Assembly (NCBI RefSeq): GCF_018977255.1
Contig: NW_024704742.1
Location: 120,716,001 to 120,780,000 of the forward strand
Source: Callorhinchus milii
Taxonomy: Eukaryota
Length of the DNA stretch: 64,000 nt
Reading direction: 5' to 3'
The notes below the pieces were generated by a model. The model searched no databases and had not been told where the DNA came from. It worked only from the letters and a program-made list of their open reading frames with translations. Position 1 is the stretch's first letter; each line of letters begins with the position of its first letter. The translations under genes were made by a program, and so were the position numbers. Below are positions 23,966 through 35,640 of the stretch, in pieces.

Positions 23966-24727
23966 GTAGCCCCGCAGTCAGGACAGTGGTCCTGAGTGTC
24001 TGTTTTTTGGTGGATCTCTAGGCCCTTCTGGCCTTTTGCAACAATCTAACTTATGTTATTTCCTCATGCTTAGTGTTATAAATTGAAGAAATGTAGGTTG
24101 GCAGTAAAATGTGTCTCAATAGCACCAATCAATTCCCAGCAATTATCCACATAATTTGTCAAATTTCCCCACAATTTGTGGCAAATATTTCTGCACTTTT
24201 CTATTGGCCCAGCTCATAGGCTACTTCTTCCTCCCTTTTGTTATTGAACTACAGTATCTCTTGTAATGTTAATTTCTTGAGCTGGAAGAAACCTGTAGCT
24301 GCTTTTATCCTCAGGCTTAGGCTTATTGTTAGATGTAAACTGATAGCTTTATACTGAAACCTAAAGTGGCTTAGCCATGCTATGAAAAACTCTTCTGAAT
24401 TGATTTTCAACTAACTACAGTACAACTGCAAGCCCTCTCTGCATTACTTCCATAATATTGTTCTATAATAACACTTTGTGAAGTTTTATTTGCAAGGTTA
24501 CTGACATTTGATTAAAAGTACATTTTACTTTAGCTAAAAAAACTAGTGCAACATGAAACAATTTACATTTATTTAGTGCCTTTCACATCAGGAGGGCATT
24601 GCAAAATACATTCACAGGCATTTTTTCTTGCAAAGGTAGTGGAAATAAAAATAATCCTTGCATTTGATACATCGTCTTATCATGTCTCCTAGATGTCTCA
24701 AAGCACTTCACAGAATACACTGTGAAA

Positions 24728-25070
<343 letters not shown>

Positions 25071-25205
25071 TCACCAGTGCAGGTAATGATTTTACGTATG
25101 TAATTTGACCACTCAGGCCTTATAAAGATAGTGCAAGTTGCTCCACAACATTCGAAGGTATGAGGAAAGACTAGATAAGATAGGATTTTTTCAACCTTGC
25201 TTAAT

Positions 25206-26672
25206 AAGAACATAAAAACATAAGAATTAGGAGCAGAAGTAGGCCATTCGGCCCCTCGAGCCTGCCCCGCCATTTGATAAGATCATGGCTGATCTTCTGA
25301 CCTAACTCTAATTACGTGCCCTATCCCCATATCCCTAATCCCTCTATTTTTTAAAAATCTATCAGTCTCAGCCTTGAAGGTGTTCAAGGATTGAGCATCT
25401 ACAGCCTTCTGGGGTAGTGAATTCCATAAATTCACTACCCTCTGAGTGGAGAATTGTTTCCTCAACTCTGTTCTAAAAAGCTGACCCTTAATTTTATGAC
25501 TGCGACCCCTGGTTATAGATTCTCCTACCAGGGGAAACAGACCCTCAGTGTCTACTTTATCCAGCCCTTTAAGAATCTTATATATTTCAATAAGATTCCC
25601 GTAATTCTTCTGTACTCTAGAGAATATAGCCCTAATTTATTCAGCCTATCCTCATAGGAGTCCTGTAGCTCAATGGTTAAAGCACTCGCTTTGCAAGCGA
25701 GAGACCTGAGTTCAATTCCAGGAGGGCAAAACCTTGAGCAAGTTTCCTTACACCACACGCCTAATAATAATCCCTCCAAAACCAAAAACAATAATAAATT
25801 GGTCATTTTCAATCTACGACTGTTTGTGGGACATTGCTGTGCACAATTGGCTGCCGAGTTCGCCCACAAATATACAGTCAATTCACTTTACAGTGTGTTC
25901 TGTGAAGCGCTTTGGGACGTCCTCCCGACATGAAAAGCGCAATATCAAATGCAAGGATTATTATTATTATTATAGGTCAGTCCCTTCATCCCAGGAACTA
26001 ACCTAATGAATCTATGCTGCACCCCCTCTCGGGCAAGTATGTCCTTTTTTAAATAAGGAGACCAAAACTGCACACAATACTCTAGGTGCGGTCTCACCAA
26101 GGCCCTATACAGTTGCAGCAAGACTTCCCTACTCTTGTACTCTAAACCTTTTGCAATGAATGCTAACATGCCGTTCGCCTTCTTCGTTGCTTGCTGCACC
26201 TGCAAACTAACTTTTTGAGACTGGTGTACAAGGACACCCAAATCCCTCTGAACACTAACATTATCTAATCTCTCTCCCTCTAGAAAATAATCTGTTTTTC
26301 TATTTTTTCTACCAAGATGAATAACTTAAATTTAGATACATTACATTAAATGTCCTCATTGATGTAAATTGTAAATAGCTGAGGCCCAAGCACTGATCCT
26401 TGTGCCCCTTCACTAGTCACATCCTGCCAATTCAAGAATGACCCGTTTATCCCTACTCTCTGTTTTCTACCCGTTAGCCACTCTTCAATCCATGCTAATA
26501 TGTTCCCATTAATCCCGTGGGCCTTAACCTTGTGCAATAGTCTTTTGTGTGGCACTTTGTCAAACGCTTTTTTAAAATCTAAATATACTACATTTACTGG
26601 TTCCCCCCTATCTAACCTGTTAGATACATCTTCAAAAACTCTAACAGATTAGTTAAGCATGACTTCCTTAAT
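25206..26672 (-). mobile_element. CR1-clade LINE ORF2 3' part with SINE insertion at 25657-25973
   Basis: Remnants PHKRLLHKVKAHGI..QRVGING..QGSVLGPQLFTIYIN, LLQLYRALVRPHLEYCVQFWSPY, FSTQRVVNLWNSLPQKAV. Tail (ATGTTCTT) on minus. Confidence 0.92.
25657..25973 (+). mobile_element. Full-length young tRNA(Ala)-derived SINE
   Basis: Near-identical to 32142. Flanked by ATAG(G) on both sides, a plausible short TSD within the CR1. Confidence 0.92.
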
Positions 26673-27969
26673 GAATCATTCTCCAGCACCTAAAAGCAAG
26701 TAAATTTCATCTCAAAAAGAAAAGTCTTGGATAGGACTTTATATGCGATAATAATAATTCTTGCATTTAATATCGCGTCATTGAGACGTCTCAAAGCACT
26801 TCACAGAATATACTGTAAGTGAATTGACTGCATATTTTGTGGGTGATGATTAATCGTCCATGACAGGCTCCAGACGTCAAACAACTGGCATGCCAATTGG
26901 TAACCCCAGGGAATAGGGCACTACCAGGCACAGTGATGTACTCAGGCTGGTCCAGGCAATGTCACACAGCTTCAAGGAACTCTTCAAACTGTATTTCTGG
27001 CCTTCGGATCTGTCACTAAGTACAATAACTAACTCAACTTCCACAAGTTCAAATTTTCCATCAATATGAGACTCATACTGTTGTGTTCAGTTTTATTATT
27101 TTTCCCATTTAGTTTTATTGTCTCCATTTATTGTTGAGTACTTGGTTGCAACAAAAACCAGAACAGAATATTGTTATAGCCAAGTGATAACAAAATAAAT
27201 CTGTGTATTTATACCACTATTCTTAATGCTATTGATGGTCAATACTATGCTATCAATCAATTTCTTCACCAAACAGCAATCTAATTTCCTTTTGAATTTC
27301 CTGCCACAATCTGCCTCCACATTCTCCTGCTGAATCAGATCTGTCTGTTCATCTTCCATCTTGTGAGTTTGAGTCTATGTCCTGTTGTGCATGTAAATTA
27401 AATCTGTTTCAAATATCCATTACAACCTCTGAATCCTCACCCAGGCCTCTCTTTAACTCCCTTAGCCCATTGCCTACCTTTCTTAGATATGTCTCCCTTG
27501 CATACATGAGAGAGAAGGGAGAGAAGAGTATGGGAGGGAGATGGGGAAAGGGGATTAGGAGGAGTGGAGGCTGATTTGGACCGTAAACCCTGGCACAGAC
27601 TAGTTGGGCTGAATTGCCTGTTTTGTTGCTGTACAGTCTGTGTAATTCTATGCAATGGTGAGTTGGGGACAGGCATGGTTTGCAGCTTTTTCTTTTAGCT
27701 TTTTTTTAGGTGTAATAGAGAACAAGTGCGAGGAGAATGGCTAATTCCCACAATCGTATTGTCCCTCTTACCCATCTCTCTATTTAGACAGAACAAGTTG
27801 AAGGCTAGGGTCCAGGTTTTCACACACATACCATGGTATCAGTCAGAGACAACAACAACTTGCATTTATATAGCGCCCTTCATGCAGACAGCATCTCAGA
27901 GCACTTAACAGTGGCGGAGCCCAATGGTACCAAACATTTTGCTAAAAAAAACTGAAACGCACATGGTCT

Positions 27970-30062
27970 GTTCTGAACCCTCCTAATCCTAGGCAGCTTC
28001 AACCTGCACTTCACCTCCTCTTGTTCTATTTCCACCGATTTCTCCTCTCTCCTTTCCTCTCACATGAACCTCACTCTGGTACACCAGCCACCTCCACTCA
28101 CTCAAGGGTCAGGTGCGTGCTGCTGAACTCACCTGGCTCAAATCTGATTTAACTGTCCACCAGCAGATCTGGCTGGACCACTTAAAACTTACCGGTCCGC
28201 CCTGGCCTCCGCTGAATCGTCCTTCTATTCCAAGGTAATCTTGGAGGCCAAGGACAACCCTAGGCTTCTCTTCTCCACCATCAACCGGCTCCTCTGTCCA
28301 CCCCCTAATGCTTCGCACATCCTCACCTTCAACTCCAACTGCAAGGAGGTGCTGGATTTCCTTGAGACCAAAATTGAGGGGATCCGTTCAGCTGCCTCTG
28401 CCCTCCCAAGCACCACCCCCTTCCCATCTCTCCCGCACACTCCGGCCCCTACCCATCCTTGCCTCTGTTAACTCTCGCAGGGCTGCTTAGAATCGATACC
28501 CTCAAGACTTGGAGACCAATGGTTGTTTAACAAAGTTTATTAAGTTTCCGAATATACTTGAAAATATACTGATCAGTACAATGTTAGGCTAAAGGTTATA
28601 AAGTTAGGAATTCCAGGTTCAACAACACCCAATTAAAATAGGAATGCACTTAAGAGTCAATATGGTTAGCAAATATGTTACAGATCACTATCATAATCAT
28701 GATTACCCCGACTGGCTCGCAACACTAACTTATGAGGAAATCATAGCATCCTGATCGCGAATACTGTCTAAGAAAAGTATACTAATAATAAAATATATAA
28801 GATTAACACAGTGGGTACAAGAAGGAAGGTGTGTCGTGTATGGATGCGTGAGTGTGCGTATCACTATTCTACTGGTAACTAGTAGCCTCTTCGGCAGGGT
28901 CACAATAGGATATTCCAGCAACGAGTCTTGGACCAGTATATAGTGTGCACACTGTTTGCTCCCAGCTCTTGTAGGCAGGATCTCTCTCTCTTCCTCAGAT
29001 ATTTGGCACACTTAGCTATCTCTCTTGGAATGTGCGTGGTGCCCTTCTCTGGTCAGTCGAGTAATCTTCTTGACGGACATTCTCAGCCTCTCTCCTCCTG
29101 CTCTCCCAAGTTACCCAGTGATCAGCATGATCAGCTGGACAGACTGCCTGGTCCCTGGTCTCTGAGTTTCGTTCTCACTTGCTACCTCTTGACTTCCTAT
29201 ATTTATACTTCTAGCAGTGTCTGCACAAACACCAGGTCTTGTCTGGCCATTGTCCTTTTTTTCCTTATCTCCCTGACCTTTAATCTCCTGATCCACTTAT
29301 TTTTTCTAATTCAATCAGTTCATCCCTGGAACGCTCTCAAGTCAGCATTATCTTCTCTTCCTTACGTGACCTCTGCCTATTGTTAAACTAGGTAAGTCAA
29401 AAGGGTGCTGGCATGGATTGGTACCGTGATCGTTGGACCTTCCTAACCCCTCCTTCGCATCTGCGCATCATTCTTTGGGCTGTCTTACCTGGTGTGTAGG
29501 ATAACGCCAGGATCCGTTACTTTAAAGCGCTCTGAGACGCCGTCCGGCGTGGAGGGCGCTATATAAATCCAAGTTGTTGTTGTTGTTGTGTACCAGCCTC
29601 CTTGCCTAAGACCTTGAAAATTCTACTCTGATGGATCAGTCTATTCATTATTGTATTTATCTTCCTGTCGTTTGAGCGCTCTGAGATCCAATCTGTACTA
29701 GTCTGTGACCGGCATTTTGGTACTTACCATTGTGTCTGCATATTATCAGACTCACCTTCCCTGTTCTTAGCATCTATTCGTATTTCATTGGACTCACAAA
29801 AGGGGTTCCTTTAAATCAGTGATATTCAGTTAAATATTTGGTTAGTATTCTTACCCCAGTTTACACCTCCTACCTTCAAACCTGTCTCCCCCTCCTCTCT
29901 CACCTCCAGTATAACCTGCATAAAGCCTGCTCCCTCGACCCCATCCTTACCCCTCTCCTTATCTCCCAGCTCCACCTCCTCGCCCCTTTACTCTCAGACC
30001 TCATCAACCTCTCCCTATCAACTGGCACCGCTCACAACCTCCTAAAAACAGTTGTCATCACC
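27970..30062 (+). mobile_element. L2-clade fragment (27970-28465 and about 29856-30062) split by an insertion of about 1.4 kb
   Basis: Remnant EAKDNPRLLFSTINRLL..FLETKIEGIRS, then CSLDPI.T.LL..LAPLLSDLINLSLSTG after the insertion. These are consecutive L2 ORF2 motifs. Confidence 0.75.
28466..29855 (-). mobile_element. Probable ERV-like solo LTR, itself containing an L2 tail at about 29522-29590
   Basis: Cleanly interrupts an L2. Begins TGTTAAC and ends ATTCTTAC(C). On the minus strand there is a TATA-like TATAAATA at about 29199-29206 and AATAAA at about 28537-28542. Confidence 0.5.
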
Positions 30063-32141
30063 CTATCCTTAGGACATCCTCCTGACGTGAAAGACGCTTT
30101 ACAAATATAATTTTGTATTGTATTTTTGTACACACAGTGAGTCGCAAGCAAAGATGGAACTCTTAGTCCTTAAATGGGCTCATAAAGATAAAGATAAAAC
30201 ACATAATTCCAGCCCATAAAATGTAACTTTGACATTTACATAAGTAGAATTCTTAATGGCTAGATTTAGTAAGAAACAAAGGATTCTGAAATCTTATAAA
30301 GAAATGGGGGAAGATATCACAAGACTACTGAACCATAGTAGATTGAACATGGACTTAAGAAAGCATGCAAATGAATTGGCATATTTTAAATGGGTCACTT
30401 CCGATCATGCATCCATTAACTATCAACAGGAGAAACAACATAATAGCACCCTCTCAACATGTGGCTAAAGCTGATAAACTACAGTAGTTTCAAGTAGACA
30501 CAGAAATAGCAACTGTCTGAAAGCACAGCTCCTCACTTCAAATGCAGTCTATTCAGATTTGTCTCCCTCTTGCATCCTGCTGAGCAGCATTAGTGCAATC
30601 ATGCAAATAAAGTGGCATATTTAAATTTTAATTCCAATCGTCAATCATCAGTAGGACTGCAGCTCTGTGGAAAAGACATCGTGAATGGCAGCAATTTTTT
30701 AAAAAAATTTATTTAGTTATGCTCCAGACTGGAGTTGCAGCAGCAAAGCCACTACTCTACCATTAAGAGAAACACAAACAGCTTTTGAGTGATCTTGTGC
30801 TTTTCTTTTCTTGGTCTTTGCTCAGTTGGGGGAGATAGTCCTTTAATTTTATGGTGGGAGGGAATGACAAATTATAGGTGCACAGTGGCAGTGGCTATTT
30901 GTGTCTTAGCTATGATAGTTATTGTGTCCTTAGGACAAATAGAATATTACCTTTCGTTGACAATGCATTTTATTTTGATCTTAGATGAGGAATTATTAAT
31001 AATAATAATCCTTGCATTTGATATAGCGCCTTATCAAGTCTTTGACGTTTCAAAGCGCTTCACAGAATATATTGTAAACTAAATTGACTTTTTTTTAATA
31101 ATTGCTTCACAATAAAAAAGATGTCTGTATGTTAATTGGGAGCTTCTTATCTTCTTAACCTTATTAATACACATTATTTTAGAGAAAGGGATGTTGTGGT
31201 CCTTATGATGAGGGTTGTTAGCTTTGGGAATGGAATGCTCTTGTGGTTTTGACACTGGAGGAATCAACACTTTCTCTCGCCAAAGTATAGCATGGGATGA
31301 AACCATAGAAAAATGCCTGTACTCATTGGTGCTCTAATCCAACCTCAAAAGAACATTCATCTACCTCACTAGTATGAATTGTTTCCACCTTTTACACTAG
31401 TCATCGTTTTGGCCTCTCTGAAAAAGATTGCCAGTTTAGTCCCAAAATGTGATGTGGATTTGTGACAACCAGAAACTGAGTAGAGGTTGTCCAAACATGT
31501 GTCATGTTAGGAGTTTTACTGCTATTAGACAAAGGAGCCCTTCGATCTGTCCAAGAGCACCTTAGATCCAAGTCTTTTATAATGTGATTTTCTCCCCGAG
31601 TGTCCCTTGAAGATAATTCTTCTAAAGTAGCAAACATTGAAGAGAATTCTACCTTTTTCATTTTGCCCTTTAATGGATGAAACAATTTCTAACTACTTCA
31701 ACACTGAAGGATTAACATACCAGTGAATGGATTTGGGAGACTTTAGAACTTGTTTCTTACTTTTAGTTGCTATTGTTCAAACTGCGGGGGAATCAGGAAG
31801 TATACTGAAAGAAAAGTTATGATCCTATTTCATGAGAACTTCAATCCTGGCTAAATTTAGCTCCAAAAGCTATCAGAAGAAGGTTTAACTATTTGCCCTT
31901 GGGAAGTTAAAATCCATCCTGCAGAGTGAAATGAAATCGTAGAATTATAGAATTATACAGCATTGAAGGAGGCCATTTGGCCCATCGTGTTTGTGCTGGC
32001 CCTTTGAAAATAGCTTCCCAAATCAATCCCACTCCCCTGCAATATATGTTGCTAATAAATATATTAGCTATTCTAATATACAAGCTGTGGATAATTGGGT
32101 TTACCTGGATTTTCTCTCCCTTCTCTGAAGAATTAGCTTCA

Positions 32142-32449
32142 GAGTCCTGTAGCTCAGTGGTTAGAGCACTCGCTTTGCAAGCGAGAGACCTGAGTTCAAT
32201 TCCAGGCAGGGCCAAACCTTGGGCAAGTTTCCTTACTCCACACGCCTAATAATAATCCCTCCAAAACCCCAAAAAACAATAATAAATTGGTCATTTTCAA
32301 TCTACGACTGTTTGTGGGACATTGCTGTGCGCAATTGGCTGCCGCGTTCGCCCACAAATATACAGTCAATTCACTTTACAGTGTGTTCTGTGAAGCTCTT
32401 TGGGACGTCCTCCCGACGTGAAAAGCGCTATATCAAATGCAAGGATTTT
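32142..32449 (+). mobile_element. Full-length young tRNA(Ala)-derived SINE
   Basis: GAGTCCTGTAGCTCAGTGGTTAGAGCACTCGCTTTGCAAGCGAG head. Body near-identical to 4673, 25657 and 50088. Confidence 0.92.
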
Positions 32450-33548
32450 TATAGGATTATTATAGCTCTCTAATCCTTAGTACCTAGTCCAGCCCAACAG
32501 ATGAGATCACAAACTCATCACAGAATTACATAGGAATTCAGAACCATAAACTTCACTCTGACACAGACTATTCCACGACCTTAGGCACATTGTTATATCC
32601 TTTAAGTTTTCTACTTAAAAACGTCGGCTTGAGTCTTTTTAAACAGATGAATGTTGTTTGAGAACTATTGAAACCAAGTCCATTACAGCATCTAAGAGGA
32701 AATTGGATTAATATTTACATTAAAAAAATAAAGGATATGGGGAAATAGGAGAGGAATTGGATTTATAGGTAGCTCCAGTAGCGGAGCTAATATGATTCTG
32801 TGCTTTAAGAATTCTTTGTATTAAATACATTGTACACCCAGAAAAAGAGACACAAGACTAGAAAAATAAAATAGTACAAAACCTTTATTGGTGTGAGATA
32901 GAAATGTAGAATTGTATGTGAAAGAAATGTATTTCATTTGAAACACAAGCTAAAAATTTTTTTCAATCACTACACTGTTAAGCAAAACAAATCAACATCT
33001 AAAGTATCGTAATCTGCAGCAGTGGGAATGCCATTATCTCAGAAAATGACACGTTGCCATGTGAAACACTTTTTGGGAGGCAATGCTATGGAATGGTTGC
33101 CATGGACTGGGGTGGGTGGGGAAAAGTTGCCTGCGGAGGGCAGCAAGTCAATCGTGAAGATGCCAGATGAACAATGAAGATATCAAGAGAATAGTGAAGA
33201 TATCATATGAATTGTGACAATGTCAGGTGAATAATTATATTTCAGAAAACAGCTGCCAATGGCATTCGAGTTTGTTTAACCCTTTGAGTATCATGTGCTC
33301 CTGAAGCTTGAAAAGTCCACCTGTTATATAACTCTGAGAAAATGATTTCAATATTGAAACACAGCAACATCGGAAGATTGTATAATAGGGTTGGCCATTG
33401 TAATATCACAGTAGGAAAAGCATTTTAGTTGATGTCAAAATATGGTTACTTATTGGAACTTATAAATAAATTATGCATTATGAAATTCACATGACATGGA
33501 AAAAGATAGAGATTAAAATGAAAATGTGGAAGACAAATATGAGGTTGT

Positions 33549-33851
33549 GAGTCCTGTAGCTCAGTGTTTAGAGCACTTGCCTTGCAAGCGAGACACATGG
33601 ATTCAATTCCAGGCAGGGCAAAACCTTAGGCAAGTTTCCTTACTCCACACGCCTAATAATAATCCCTCCAAATAAACACAGTAATAAATTGGTCATTTTC
33701 AATCCACGATTGTTTGTGGGACACTGCTGTGCGCAATTGACTGTCGCGTTTCGCCCACAAATATATGGTCAATTCACTTTACAGCATATTCTATGAAGTG
33801 CTTTGAGACGTCTAGAAGACATGAAAAGCAAGGATTATTATTATTATTATT
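33549..33851 (+). mobile_element. Full-length tRNA-derived SINE
   Basis: Same head, body and (ATT)n tail, with a small deletion in the 3' end. Confidence 0.9.
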
Positions 33852-35316
33852 GAGGGTAATGTTGTGTATTGAGACATGCCTTGAAGAAGACAAGGGAGGG
33901 GGTGAGATGAAGGGACTGTGGGATGGAGTTCCAAAGGGTGTGGCCAGAAAGTCTGAAGTAAACATACTTCTGGGCCCCAATTCCGCTGCCATTGCAGTTT
34001 AGTGTGTGAATATCTCAGAGCAGGTCTCCACACACTGTAACTGTAAGACTGTAACCCTGGATATAGATTTATAATAGTGTGAATTATAACCAAGCATAAA
34101 ATTATTGAATATTTTGTCCCCCCCAAAAAAATCTTTTTTAAATTGTATATTGCTCCCAGAATGGTGATCATTCCTGAAAACATTGCTCCTGTTTTCAGTG
34201 GTCTGATTCATGAGTTCTTTACTTTCATGTGTAATGGTTTACCAGAGGAGGAGGAAGTTGTCCAGAGGGTTGATTCTGGTAACTAAAAACACAGCAGAGA
34301 TGGATCATCCATTTGTAAAGATTTCGTTCACTTGCTGTCAACCTACTGATTAGCAATAATTGCTGCATGATTAGCCCTTTTCAGGAAGCACTTGGTGCTC
34401 ACGCTATCCGACCCTCAGCCTTAATCAGATCCTTTTACAGACCAAATGATTTATTTTCTGAAAGAGAAATATATTCCCGCGTCTGATAGCTTTGCCTCTT
34501 GACGCCTTTGATTTGATAAATAAAGCAGATGGATCTATTCAGAGGTTAGCACCCACAATTTGAAATTTTGATTGATTCAGCAATATGTAATTGGGTTATT
34601 ATCATCCAGGTATTTGATGTGGGTGAACCATCCAGTGCTGCCCAGTAGTAGTGTCACTTTAAATCTAATGGCTCTGAGTAGCATCACCAGCTTTGAGTCC
34701 TGGGCTTTGCACAGATGACAGGTTGGAGTGTCCACTCCAAATGTTTCAGTTGAATTCTGCAATATAGGACAGAATGATGGAAAGATTGCCAGATTTTCTC
34801 GTTTGATTGATGTTGTTAGCAACTCTGAACAAGAGCAGAATATTAAACTGAAATTCACACTTAATGGGCATTGGATTTGGGAATGGTACGATACGCACTT
34901 TATTCTAGCAAGAAGGTTTTGTAACTCATGAGACATGAGACTCTCTCCTAACTACACGGTAAGATAGGAGGCTGCTGTTCTCCATTCACTTTGCTGTTTA
35001 TTCGGCTATAAATAATTTCACCAGACAAAGGGTTGTTATGATGGCAAGCATTTCCAGATATGTGATTATCACAATGTACACAATGTGCAATGACGTTTTT
35101 ATCCTGGTGCCATGTCAATGGATTTGCAAGTGCACTCTGTCCTGTTCTATCCTCTATCCCAGTGGCAATGAATGGGCATATAACAAAGCATTTCATTTCA
35201 AGAGAACACTTGAGTATTATTTGTTTGTCACAATCAGGGATGTCTCATGACTGAGAGTGTTCTATATACCAACATGTGCTGTGTTCAGTTAGGTCTTAAT
35301 CATGTGCTATATAGGC

Positions 35317-35640
35317 AATAATAATAATAATAATAATAACCCTTGCATTTTATATTGTGCTTTTCACATCTTCAAAATGTCTCAAAGCACTACACAAAAT
35401 ATACTGTAAAGTGAATTGACTGTATATTTGTGGGCTAAATGTGGCAGCCAATTGCGCACAGCAGTGTCCCACAAACAGTCCTGGGTTGAAGTGACCAATC
35501 TATTATTGTTTTTTTTCTTGAGGGATTATTATCAGGCATGTGGAGTAAGGAAACTTGCCCAAGATTTCGCCCTGGCAAGAATCAAACCCAGGTCACTCGC
35601 TTGTGAGGCGAGTGCTCTAACCACTGAGCTACAGAATTCC
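35317..35640 (-). mobile_element. Full-length tRNA-derived SINE
   Basis: Tail, core and head present. Anticodon loop reads CTCACAA. Confidence 0.88.

Noticed and set aside
32142..32214. Apparent tRNA-Ala(TGC) genes (also at 4673, 22479, 25657, 33549, 50088)
   Set aside because: Each continues into the same SINE body and (ATT)n tail with no Pol III terminator after the cloverleaf. T or D arms have mismatches, and G3-U70 is absent.
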